DNA from: Lama glama
Taxonomy: Eukaryota
Reading direction: 5' to 3'
Assembly: GCA_028534125.1 (NCBI GenBank)
Contig: CM052821.1
Coordinates: forward strand, 52,390,001 to 52,454,000
DNA: 64,000 nt
Below are positions 51,290 to 62,842 of the stretch, piece by piece (positions within the stretch are counted from its first letter, which is position 1; every line of letters starts with the position of its first letter). A program made the translations under genes and the position numbers. The notes beneath the pieces were generated by a model. It searched no databases. It saw only the letters and a list, made by a program, of their open reading frames with translations, and was not told the DNA's origin.

Positions 51290-53560
51290 CTTCAGTCCTT
51301 GAAGATCTTACTGTCCCCACCCTCCAACTGCTTCTGTCTTCCTGGTGATTCCAGAATCCATGTAGATGGTCTTTTGGCCTCTCAGTCCTTTACTTCCTCT
51401 CCTCCAATGGCTTTATCCTCCTCAAAGCCCAATGACCCAAGGCACACTCTAGACCTTGCACCACATCCAGGTCCTCCAGACCCTCAGTCTCTAGCACTTT
51501 CCAGTCACCACCTCCTACCATCCATTCCCTGCTTCTGGATTTCCACTTCCAACAATCCTTGAGCACCTCAGGGCCTATGTGAGCCATGATCCTACTCTCA
51601 CCCCATCCTCACTCACAATCACTCTGACACCTGGACCCCCTCTCCATCCTCATCCTACTTGCCTGGGGAAAGCCCGACTCTGGTTAGACCCCACCCTCTG
51701 CCCACCTGTGCCCACACCTACACGCCTCAACGGGCAGGAGGCAAACACACATCTCCACTGACCACTCTCACTCACGATCAGAACTGCTCACCCCGACGGG
51801 CCCCACTGCCATCCAGTTCAGTCCCTGCCTTCACTCCTTGGGGAAAATTCCCACCTCCCCTCTCTGCTCCCCCCATCTGCTCTATTTTCCTGAGGAAAAG
51901 GAGAACCTGACTAGCAAAGAACTCAGGATCCCTCAGAACCCCTTGTCTCCATCCTTCTATTTGTTCAGACTAAGCCTTGGAGTCATCCCCACGCCCTCTG
52001 CTCCTCTCGCCCCAGCCCCACCTCTACCTGCACAGTGTCACCAGAATACAGCCCCCTCACGTCCCCTCTATGCCACCACCCACTCTGAGTCCCTGCCTCC
52101 CCCTGATTGTCATGGAGCCTCCCCACTGAGCTCCCATCTCTGCCTCTGTGTCCTTCCCCAGTCTGTGCTCAGCAGCCAGAGGTATCCCTTACCAGCCAGG
52201 TCACATCACACTTGCATACCATTTCGATGGCTTCATGTCACTCGAGGTCAAAGCCAATGTCCTTGAGCCCCCGCAGGCTCTCTAGGACCCAACACTGCCC
52301 CCACCTGTCACCTTCTGTCCAGTCACCCCACCTTCTCTCTCGAGCTCACCAACTTGCCACACCGGCCTCCCAAACTGGCTCCCACCTGAGCCTTGACACT
52401 TGCTGTTCACTCTGCCACGATCCCTGCCTGACCCCATTTCCATGACAGTCCCTCCTGTCACCGTTCTACAGGCTCGGCTAAAATGTTCCTCTCCGAGGGA
52501 GGCCTTTCCAGGCCGCTCCATCTGAAATGGCACCTTCCCCAAACTGCGTCTCCCTCCTTGCCTGTGTTCCTCCTTGGTGCTACGTGCAATGTCTTTTTTT
52601 TTTATCTTTATTTACCTTGTTTGATATCCTTCTCCCCTCACTGTAATGTGTGCCCTGTGGGAGCAGAGAGTTGTCATTTATCCACTGCTGAGTCCCCAGC
52701 ATGGCACCGCAGCAGGCACGTAGCAGGAACTCAGTAGGATTCTGCTCTCCTGCGCTGCCGCACTCACCTGGGACCTCCTCTGGGAGCCGTATCCCGTCCC
52801 TTCTGGCCAACTTAAGCCGTTGCTTTGGAAATTCTCCCTGGCTCCTGCATCGTTCCCCCGTTATAGGGTCACTTCCACCAGTGTACAAACGTACAAATAC
52901 ACGGTAATTTCTCCCTTCTTTAAAAACAACAACAATAAAAACCTCACAAAAGTCTCTCTTGGCCTAGCATCACTTTCTAAGAACCAGGCCATTTCCTGGA
53001 TCCCTGGATCTTCTAGCAAAACTCTTTGAAAGAACATCAGTTTGGCTGGGTCACTTCCCTGTCTCCCATTCTCTCCAGATTGCACTCTGATTTCATCCCC
53101 TCCTCTGTCTGAAATAATCTTATCAAGGTCCAATGACCTTGGATTACAGCACCGGCCCTGTCCCAGGCCACATCCACTTGACCCAGGGATCCCCTCCCGC
53201 CTTCCAGATACTGGGACCATCCTCGCCTGGTTTCTCCTGAGCAGGTTGGTGAGGGAGGGGCTCAGCAGTGGACTTGGCTGTGGAAGGTCTGAGGGGCCCA
53301 CTAGACCCTGAGTGGAGATTTTGAGTAGGACGCTGGACATTCAAGTCCAGAGCTGGGGTGAGGTTCTGGCCAGAGGTCTAAGGCGAGAGTCCAAGTCCCC
53401 TGGTGGGATTTAAAGCCACAAGATGAAGTGAGATTGTCACAGGAATGAGTGTGGACAGGGAGAAGAGGTTTGAGGATGGCCTGGGACTTGCCCCCCTTTA
53501 GAGGCTGGGGTGATAAGAAACCAGCAAAGGATGCTGAGAAGGAGCCATCAAGCGAGGAGA
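51290..53560. mobile_element. L2 fragments (mostly plus; last part reversed)
   Basis: Pyrimidine-rich L2 body, 3' tail near 52700-52740, further pieces in 52900-53560. Confidence 0.65.
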
Positions 53561-53936
53561 CTGGGCTATAAAAGACAGTGACTTGCTGATCTCCCCTGCC
53601 CCACCACCTCCCCTCCCCCTCCGGCCACTTGCTTACCCGGATCTGTTCTGTGAGCTGTCCTGCGGAGAGGCCCACACAGATAGGAGCTGAGGGCAGCTTT
53701 CAGCCCACAGTCTGCCAGGAACTGAATCCTGCCAACAACCACGTGAGGGAGCTTGGCCGTGGGTCCTTCCCAAGCCAAGCCTTCAGTCAGTCACAGCCCT
53801 AGTGACACCCATAGTCAGACAATCCAGCTAAGCGGCTCCCAGACACCTGATCCACATAAAGTGTGAAATGATAAATGTCTGTTGCTTGAAGCTAAGATCT
53901 GGGGTAACTTGTTAGACAGCAGTGGTTAACTAACAC
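53560..53936 (+). mobile_element. MLT1E/F-like LTR
   Basis: ggaactgaatcctgccaacaaccacgtgag...ggggtaacttgttagacagcagtggttaactaacaca. Confidence 0.8.
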
Positions 53937-54139
53937 AGCATATAAAATGCTCATCACAATGCCTGGCCATGGTACTCAGTAAATGACCAGCAATGACCAT
54001 TCTGTGTATACAGGGGGCATTCAAAAGACTTAGAAAATTCAAGAATATAAACCTATTCACCAGGTTCTCAACTTGGCCCCTTTACAATGGACCCGTGTCC
54101 TTCACTACTTTATAAAGTTATTCATAAAAGAGGTGTGTT

Positions 54140-55430
54140 GATGTCAGAATCCAGAGGAGAAAAACCACGTGTGCAGTGTGCTACCGTTTAACTAGAAAGG
54201 GGAGGTGGTTCAAGCATATAAGGGTATTTGTTTATATTAAAACAACAAAAGACAGGAAAACCTGAGAAATAAGATCATGCAAAGCAGGAGAGAGGGAACA
54301 GTGCAGAGAGGATGGGGTGGAACTAGACTTCCCTAAACATCTAGGCAGCAACCTTGTTTTGTAGTTTGTACTCTGGAACCATGCAAATACTTGACTTAAT
54401 TATAAATGGAAATTAAATTGAAATGAAAAAAAATCCCCTAAAAAACAAAAGCAAATGAAACAAACAGTTGTATAAAGTTGATGACTCAGCCACTCAGTAG
54501 GAACTATTTCAGAAGAAAGTGATTTGACTGTACATGCCAGATAAGATCCTCTAAAGATTAAAAAAAAAAAGCAAATAAATTTTGGATTGCTTTCAGTAAT
54601 CATATTGTTAGCAGCAATATTGATATTTTCCGAAATATATAACATAAAATAAATGTACTATATTATATATTATAATACATATTATATAATAAATTACTTA
54701 TAATTATAGGTATGAATAAAACAAATAAATAATTATGTTAATTTTTTAGGAGCCAAGATTTTCTGCATGAGAGAAAAAGGAAACAAATATAAAATTTAAA
54801 AAGATAAGTAAAAACCCTACCACCCTAAATTTTAGCTAGAAACATAAGCATACCTCATTACGCATTTTCTTTTTAAAACAAAAGTTATTTCCCATGTCTG
54901 TCCACTAAAAATGCCTGGAAACTAATGACCAGCCAGTAGCAAAGCACTCGGCCCCCAGACTGTAGTCTCTAAACATAATTTGCCACTTAAAGGAGCTAGA
55001 GCTCCTTGGTTGATTCCAAGTCTGGGCAAAAAGAAAGGACAAGATGAACTTGTAATATCTGTACACTAGGAAGCTCTCACAGACTACCCCGGCTCTTCCT
55101 CTTCCCTTCCCTGCTTTATAAAATATTTATTGGCTTTTTCCTTCTCTTTTTTAAAATCAGAAAGCCACTAGGCAGATGTAAACAAGGTAGGTTGTTAGGA
55201 GCAGGCAGGCTGTAGTCGGGTTTGGGGGGCGGGGGTGTCGGGCCCCATACTCAAGGTGGACGGCAGCCCACGAGGTCAGGAGATGGGTGTCAACAGAGGG
55301 ACTGAAACAATGGGAGACCAGTTTCTCTCCGACAGAGAAGGGAGCTACAAATTATGGAAAGTGAGAAAGCTAGAATGACCCTGTAGACCTGGACTGGAAT
55401 TGGAAGCAATGCTGGATACTCATGGTGGGT
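54140..55430 (+). mobile_element. L1MC4-like 3' region
   Basis: gatttgactgtacatgccag, tgctttcagtaatcatattgttagc, ttggaagcaatgctggatactcat. Confidence 0.65.
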
Positions 55431-55440
55431 TTTTTTTTTT

Positions 55441-55940
55441 NNNNNNNNNNNNNNNNNNNNNNNNNNNNNNNNNNNNNNNNNNNNNNNNNNNNNNNNNNNN
55501 NNNNNNNNNNNNNNNNNNNNNNNNNNNNNNNNNNNNNNNNNNNNNNNNNNNNNNNNNNNNNNNNNNNNNNNNNNNNNNNNNNNNNNNNNNNNNNNNNNNN
55601 NNNNNNNNNNNNNNNNNNNNNNNNNNNNNNNNNNNNNNNNNNNNNNNNNNNNNNNNNNNNNNNNNNNNNNNNNNNNNNNNNNNNNNNNNNNNNNNNNNNN
55701 NNNNNNNNNNNNNNNNNNNNNNNNNNNNNNNNNNNNNNNNNNNNNNNNNNNNNNNNNNNNNNNNNNNNNNNNNNNNNNNNNNNNNNNNNNNNNNNNNNNN
55801 NNNNNNNNNNNNNNNNNNNNNNNNNNNNNNNNNNNNNNNNNNNNNNNNNNNNNNNNNNNNNNNNNNNNNNNNNNNNNNNNNNNNNNNNNNNNNNNNNNNN
55901 NNNNNNNNNNNNNNNNNNNNNNNNNNNNNNNNNNNNNNNN
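55441..55940. other. Assembly gap (500 N)
   Basis: N run preceded by a T tract. Confidence 0.99.
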
Positions 55941-57100
55941 GGGCCAAAAAAGAAGTCAGGAGAGAAATTTAAAAGTATTTTGAACTGCCTGAAAAGGAAA
56001 ATGCAACATATCAAAATTTGTGGGATCATTAGCTATAAATGCTTTGTAGATGCTGTTCATCAAGTTCAAAAAATTTCTCTCTATTCCCAGTTTGCTGAGA
56101 GGTTTTTTTAATCACGAATGGACACTAGATTTTGTCAAATCCTTCTGCATTAGTTGATAAGATCAGATACCTTTTCTTCTTTAGCAGCCTATTGATAGGG
56201 CAGGTTATGTTAATTGAGCTTTGAATAGTGTGGCAGCCTTGCTTATGTAGAACGCATCCCGCTTGGTTGTGGTATGTAATTCTCTTTATATATTGCTGGG
56301 TTTGATCTGTTAATACTTTGTTGAGGATTTCTCTATATTCATGGTTATACTGGTCTGTAGTCTTCTTTTTTTCATGCTGTCTTTGGTTTTTACATCAGGG
56401 CAATACTCAAATACTTTTATATCAGGCCTCGTAAAAGGATTTGAGAAGTATTCTCTACTAATTTCAGGAAGAGACTGTGTAATATTGGTGTTAATTTTCC
56501 ATTAAATACTTGGTAGAATTCTTTATTGAACCCGCCTGGACCTAGAGGTTTTTTTAATGGAAGATTTCAAATGACAAATTCAATTTCTTTAACGGTTACA
56601 GGACTTTGCATATTATGTATTTCATCTTGGCTGAGTTTTGGTAGTCTGTGGTTCTCAAGGAATTGGTTCGTTTCATCTTAGTTATCAACTTGTGAGTCTG
56701 AAGCTGTTCGTAGCACCCTTGGCTGTCCTTGCGATGGCTGTAGGATCTGTGCTGATGTCCTTGTGTCATTCCTGATATTGGTCATTTGTGTTTTTTCCCT
56801 TTTTGCCTTGTCAGTCTTTCTAGAGGTTTTTGTTTGTGTTTTCAAAGGACCAGTTTTTGTTTCATCGATTTTGGGGTATTGCTTTCCTGTTTTCCATCTC
56901 ATTGACTTCCACTCTTTATCTTTCCTCCCTTCTGCTTGCTTGGGCTTGTTTTGTTCTCCTTCTTCTACTTGCTTGAGGTGGGTATTTAGGTTGCTGGTGA
57001 CCCTTTTCACGTACAAGCACGTCACGCTTTATACTTCCCTCTCAGTTCCACTCTACCTGCATGCCACAAGTTTCAGTATATTTTCATTTTCAGTTCTACA
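55941..57100. mobile_element. L1M ORF2 fragments (plus 55941-56026, minus about 56027-57100)
   Basis: catatcaaaatttgtgggat on plus; minus translation has KREKTQMTNIRN, an ORF2 motif. Confidence 0.85.
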
Positions 57101-57191
57101 CAGATGGTTATTTTTTTAAAGTGGTGCCTAGAGCTGTTTAGAGGAGGCAAAGACAGCTGGCCACTAAAAGGCGTGTTCCTGCCCTCAACAG

Positions 57192-57575
57192 TGTGGACAT
57201 GTTGCCAGGAAGTGGCTGTCCAACCAGGGACTATGTGTCCAAGTTGTCCTTATCTCTGGTGAGGCAGCATGAACAGTTCTTGCCAATGGAGTGTGAAAAG
57301 TACAGTATGTCACTTCCAAGCCAATGTAGTTAAGAAATAAATATTCTTTCTTCACCCTCTCCCTTTCCATGACGGAGGCAGGCAAGGATGAGGATGCAGC
57401 CTTAGGGGGTAGTGCAGCCAAAAGATGGAGAGGATACAGTCCCTGAATCCCTGTGTGGAGCAAAGCCTCCCACCAACCATGAACACTCATGTTATATGAG
57501 TGAGACACACGTATTTTGTGTTAAGCCATTAACGGTTTGGGATTTATCTGTTAATGACAACTAGCATTTCCCTGC
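57192..57575 (+). mobile_element. MLT1J/I-like LTR
   Basis: gttcttgccaatggagtgtga...atgtcacttcc...gtccctgaat...tgtgttaagccatt...tttgggattta. Confidence 0.75.
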
Positions 57576-58107
57576 TGTTAACCTCAAAAATCGTCAGTGT
57601 AACTTGAAAGACATCTTCTAATAACCCATTAAGGACATGGCATCCACAAACAGACCTGAACTTACTGACTTTCTCCAGAATCAAATCTTGGGTATGAGAG
57701 GCCTTATCTTTATTGCTTTGTTATACCTACTATATTGAGAATATAAAAAAGAATATTTTGGACCTGAGACCTGATCAGAAGTCCCAGTTCGGAAGCATTT
57801 GGGAGCGATTCAGAAACCACAGGCCCCAGAGCTATCATCTCTGACAATGCTGGCCCCGACCCCTGCTCTTCCCCCATCAATGTCTGCTGAAGACAGGTGT
57901 CTGGAGAAATGAGAACCCCTGCACCGTCTCACCACAATGGGCACATGGAGAGGAGCTGATGCTCTTAGGCACTGAACCTGTTCTCATTCTTTATGTCTCG
58001 TTTCTGTAAATCAGAGAGGACGTGGTCCGGAACTGTGTACAAAACACACCACCAAACCGCCTCTCGGTGTGTTTCCAATTAAAACAAATGAACTGCTCTA
58101 GTCTCAG

Positions 58108-60537
58108 ATCTCTTTCGTATCACTTGCCCTATCTGTCTCACTGACCTCCTCTTTTTTAGCAAAATGTACTTATATTTAAAATAGAAAGTGAGTGGTTATA
58201 TTTTTCAAAGCTCATTTGGCCCTACCAGGCCAAATGAGGGTGCTTTCTCCCCATCTTTTTTTCTCCGCACTTCCTCTCATACGAAAGCTATTGAATTTGA
58301 GCTATTAAGTCCTATCTGGTTTATAAGCTCTGATTTATGGAACAAATTACCTATGTAGCACTCAAGAAGGAACCTGTCTGTCAGATAACACTGGAGTTTC
58401 ATTTCACCGCCCTGCCCCCACCCCCATTTATTCATTCATGGCAGGGAAAGATCCAGAAGGCCAGAGCAATTTCATCAGCCCTTGGAATTCACGTACTGTG
58501 AGCCTCCTCTCCCCAGATCACGCCGCTACCATAAATAGACATCACGTGGCTTCCTTTTATGATAAGGTCAGAGGAAACGAGTGCACAGGGAGAAGCCGTT
58601 AGGAGAGTCAGAGCTCTGAGTTTGGGGTATAAAACCTGAACAGTGCTAGTCCTCTTGCCTGGGGGCTGGATCAGAAAGGAGGGGCCATGTGGACGACTCG
58701 GTTCACATCCCCAGGCAACTCCCCCGGATGCCTGAGCGGCTCCCTGACTCCCAGCAGTGGTCTCTGCCCTCAGCCATCCTCACACCCTCGTGGGGAGGCC
58801 TGCAGACTCCTTCTCGCCCCACCGGCCTTGCTGGGCTCCGGGGCTCCCCCAGCTCATTCTCTGATAGAGCTGTCAGTTTTTACTGCTGATGGGAGAAATC
58901 ATTTTCTGTCTTTGCTGAATGTTAATTGGCCTTTCCCCGCTCTTTCATTCAGTTTGTACATGTGGTCCCCTCGCTCTTCCACCACCCCAAGGGCAAGGTA
59001 CCGTAGAGGAGCAGTCAGGGAAGACAAGGAAGGTGGTTCTTGCGAAACTGTTAATTGGTAATTGCAAAATCCGAGGTTAAGAAAAAGCTAAAGAAGAGTG
59101 TGGGGTCAGGGGGAGGGTAGCCAGGCACGCTGGTAGTTCCGCAGGAGTTTTACTGCCTGTGTGCTCACGGCTACAGCACCTACCACTGTACAGAGCTCAG
59201 TACTGAATAGGGAGACCTGCGAAGCCAGCTGGGTCTGGTTGAAACATCCACCGAGCATCTTTGAGGCACCAGGCACCAGACAGATCCTAGAGGTGCAGAG
59301 ATGACTAAGACGCAGCCACAGGGGACAAATCAATAAACTGGGGACATTGGTTTCCATGTGACCAGAGCAGTGGCAGAAATAAGCCAGGATACTGCAGGAC
59401 CCACAGAGCATCAGAAACTTCCTGGAGAACGCCAAGCTGCAGCTCAGCTGTATAGGGTAACTAGGGGTCGGCAGGGGATCCCAGGTGGAGGAGGCAGTCT
59501 GTGCAGAGTCCTGGTGCAGTGAACAGGGTGGTGCGTGGGAGGAGGTTAAAGTCACGTGGGGGACTGGGTCACAGCAGTGCTTGGGTGCCTGAGCAGGTTT
59601 TTTCACCATCTAATTTCATGCCCTTAAAAAAATAGTCTTACTGAGATTTAATTTATACTCCATAAATTCACTGCTTAAAGTGTACAACTCAGTGGGTTTA
59701 AATTTTTTTCTGTGTATTTAAAGAGTAATATTTTTATGTATTTATAGAGTTGTGCACCCATCACCATGATCTAATTTTAGAACATTTTCATCATCACTGA
59801 AAGAAACCTTCTGAGTAGGGTTTTTGATAGGGGCCTGGCCCAATTATGCTTCACATCAGTTTGGCAGCAGAGCAGACGGGATCTGTAGGGGCAGGCCTGG
59901 CCCCTCGCTCATCAAACCCAGAACATAAGCAAGGAGCAAGCAGTGACTTGCACAAGGGCTAAAGATTTGTGACGGCGACAGGTAAAATTTACTCCGGATC
60001 TTAGATTCTTCTTCCTTGACAGGAAAAGAACTCGGTTATGAACACTCAGGTCATTTTTTTGCTGGCTGGCTATTTAGTGGTAGTGATACAAATCAGTACT
60101 ATAGATGGATGCCACCTATTTACAAAGAAAAATGGACAGAGGCCATATCACAGCAAAATCCGGAAATCTGAAGTTTCTGCAAAACAGAAACAGCACAGAG
60201 CACTATCCATGTTTCATGCAGCAAAAACCACAGCTGGTCTGGACCAAAAAAAGGGCAGAGGGCTCTGACCCCAAAGGCTCTGCAGGGTGATTGATGTGCA
60301 GTCACTGTGAACCAGAGTCGTGAGCAGGTCTGCCTCTATGTAGTGTAGGTGGCCCCGTTCAAACCTGAAGTCCTTAGCAAGGCAAGAACCAGAGACAATG
60401 GGTGCACCTCTGCAGTGGCTTGGGGGGCAGGTGGGGCTGATCTGAACATGATGCTGTGGTAATTGTGCCCCTTAGTTTTTTTTTTTTTAATGCAGATAAG
60501 AAACAAAAGCAAATTAAACCTGCTTTTTCACAATAAA
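58108..60537 (+). pseudogene. Putative decayed ZP3-like (zona pellucida domain) pseudogene, 3' exons; weaker upstream remnants may extend to about 46850
   Basis: Exon-like 58108-58187 (cag|...AA|GTGAGT, phase 0-2, ITC and AKCTY motifs, in-frame TAA); about 58915-59057 (VCTC, RYRR, VVLAKLLIG|GTAATT); terminal exon from 60023 with a hydrophobic stretch, basic tail and AATAAA at 60532. Order and motifs parallel ZP3 exons 6-8. Frameshifts are required; recognised by eye only. Confidence 0.4.
59630..59808 (-). mobile_element. L1MB-like 3' terminus
   Basis: taaagtgtacaactcagtgg...agagttgtgca...ttttagaacattttcatca. Confidence 0.8.
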
Positions 60538-61250
60538 AGGGACTTGGTTCTCACAAAATCTTGACCAAGGGAATGTGAAAACATTCTCTCCACAAAATAC
60601 AGAAATGCATGATAAAATATAACCACATAACTAAACTACAAGTGCACGGCCGAGTTAGCAAGCGAGGAAGGGATATCCCTGGGGGCCAAGACAAAGAAAA
60701 ACTACAGTGGTGATCGCGTGACTTGACCTGCAGCGGCCTCGGGGAGGGATGCAAGAGAGGGTGGAAAGATATCCGAACCAGTAACCCAGGGTCCTTGGCT
60801 TTGGCCTCTAGATTGAAATGAGATGTGTAGGCAGGAGGCGGAGAGTTGAAACTGTGACTCCTTGCAAAGCCAGGCTCCTCTGAGGGCTGATCTCCCAGTG
60901 GAAGGGGGAGAAGGGAAACCCTATCCCCTGGCACAAGGAGATGACAAGCTTGTCCATCACAGCTCAGGCAAGGGCAGTGGGGGCTTAGAAAAAGGATCCT
61001 CTGAAATATTCAAACCTCATGTATGCGTGCTTTGAGTGTATGTGAGGTCTAAATTTGTATTGTGTGCATGCTCTGAGCTTCTTATGTCAAAAGAAAAAAA
61101 TTGGTTCCAGGCTGGTGATGACCTCGGACCACCTAGCAAAGCAGATACTGAATGGCTTTAGAGGGACACTCTTACAACTCAGGAGGCAGGAAGTTCTCAT
61201 GGGAAAAACAAGCTCCTCTAAAGATGAGCTCACAAGATTAAACCCCAGGA

Positions 61251-61715
61251 CAGGTGTACCTCATTTTATTGCACTTTGTTTTACAGTGCTTCACAGATAC
61301 CGCATTTTCTATAAATTAAAGGTTTGTGGCAACCTTGATTACCTAAGTCTTTCAGCACCATTTTCCCAACACCATTTGCTCACTTCATGTCTCTGTGTCA
61401 TATTTTGGTAATTCTCACAATATTTCAAACTTTTTCATTATTATTTTTTTTATGGTGATCTGCCATGTTACTACTATGACTTGCTGAAGGGTCAGATGAT
61501 GGTTAGCACTCTTAAGCAATAAAGTACTTTTAAATTAAGGTATGTGCCTTGTTTTTTTTAGACATACTGTATTTCATACTTAATAGGCTATAGTATAGTG
61601 TAAACATAACTGTTACGGGAAACCAAAAAATTCATGTGACTCACTTTATTTTGGTATTTGCATTATTGTGGTGGTGGTCTGGAAGCAAACCTGCAATATA
61701 TCCAAGGTATGCCTG
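61251..61715. mobile_element. Internally deleted Tigger1 (Tigger1a-like MITE)
   Basis: TIRs caggtgtacctc / aaggtatgcctg followed by TA; Tigger1 5' and 3' arms joined. Confidence 0.88.
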
Positions 61716-62842
61716 TATTCATGAGGAAAGAGGTCATCTTGAACACAGCAGATGCCACAAGCTGGAGAATGGAGCATTAGAGCCCTAAGACTCTGAGACA
61801 GCAGAACAGCAGGGCCAAAAGTGACGGTGCAATAAGAATGTTAATAATGATTAAAAGGCCAAAATGAAAGATTCAAACTCTCAAGAAAATAACAATATAT
61901 TATGAAAACAGGAGTAGACAGATCTGAATAATATTTACAGATGAAATGACGTAGCATCGGAGATTTGCCTGAAAACAATCTCAGCAAAGACAGCTCTGGG
62001 AGGGAGTACGTACAAAACAAGACTGGCCGTGGTTGATACTTGTGGAAGGTGAATAATAATAAGTACACAGGGGCTGCTTATTTTATTGTTTCTAATTTTT
62101 ATATACCTTTGAAATATCCATAATAAAAATTAAAAAAAAAACAAAATTAAAAGCTCCAAATACAAGTTCTAGAAGGGAATACTATAAATAACAAAATTTT
62201 AATTCAAGACAGATTTAATGGCAGATTGGACAGAGATGAAGAGGGAATTGATAAACTGGAAGATGTTAAAAATATATACGGAATGCAAAGTAGAGAGAAA
62301 AATGTCTGAAAAACTTTAAGAGAGATTAAGAGTCACAGAGGACAGGCAACAACTTTAGAGAGGAATTTGACATTATGCAGTGCTATGCTATGACCCAACA
62401 GTTTTACTTCTAGGCAAATATCCTAAGGAAACTTCCATGTGTGAGCACGAGAGCTATGTGTAAGGATGTTCACAGCAGCAATACAAATAATGGAGAAAAG
62501 ATGGAAATAAGCTAAATGTCCTTTAGTAGCAGAGAAGATACATAGGTTGCATCTTATTCATATAAAGCAATAAAAATAAATGAATTGCATCTGCATGCCT
62601 CTCCATTAATAAATTGCAGAGGGATACTTCAAAATCACTTTTATTTAAAGTTTAAAAACATAAAACAATACTACAGATTGTTTGGGGATATAGAGGCTTT
62701 TAATAAAATGTGCTATTAGGAATAAACAGGACTTTACATACAATAATAGGAACATCAAGAAGATATAATAAGTCTGAACTTTTGTGCACCCAACAACATG
62801 TCAAGAATCGTCAGAATTACAAGGAGAAGCCGACAAATCCAC

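Noticed and set aside
57597-58067. Precise assignment of ZP-like middle exons (TWHP..LTFS, NHRP..QCW, PDPCSSP, EDVVR..VQ readings)
   Set aside because: Several mutually incompatible readings fit equally well by eye, so no specific exon boundaries are claimed here.
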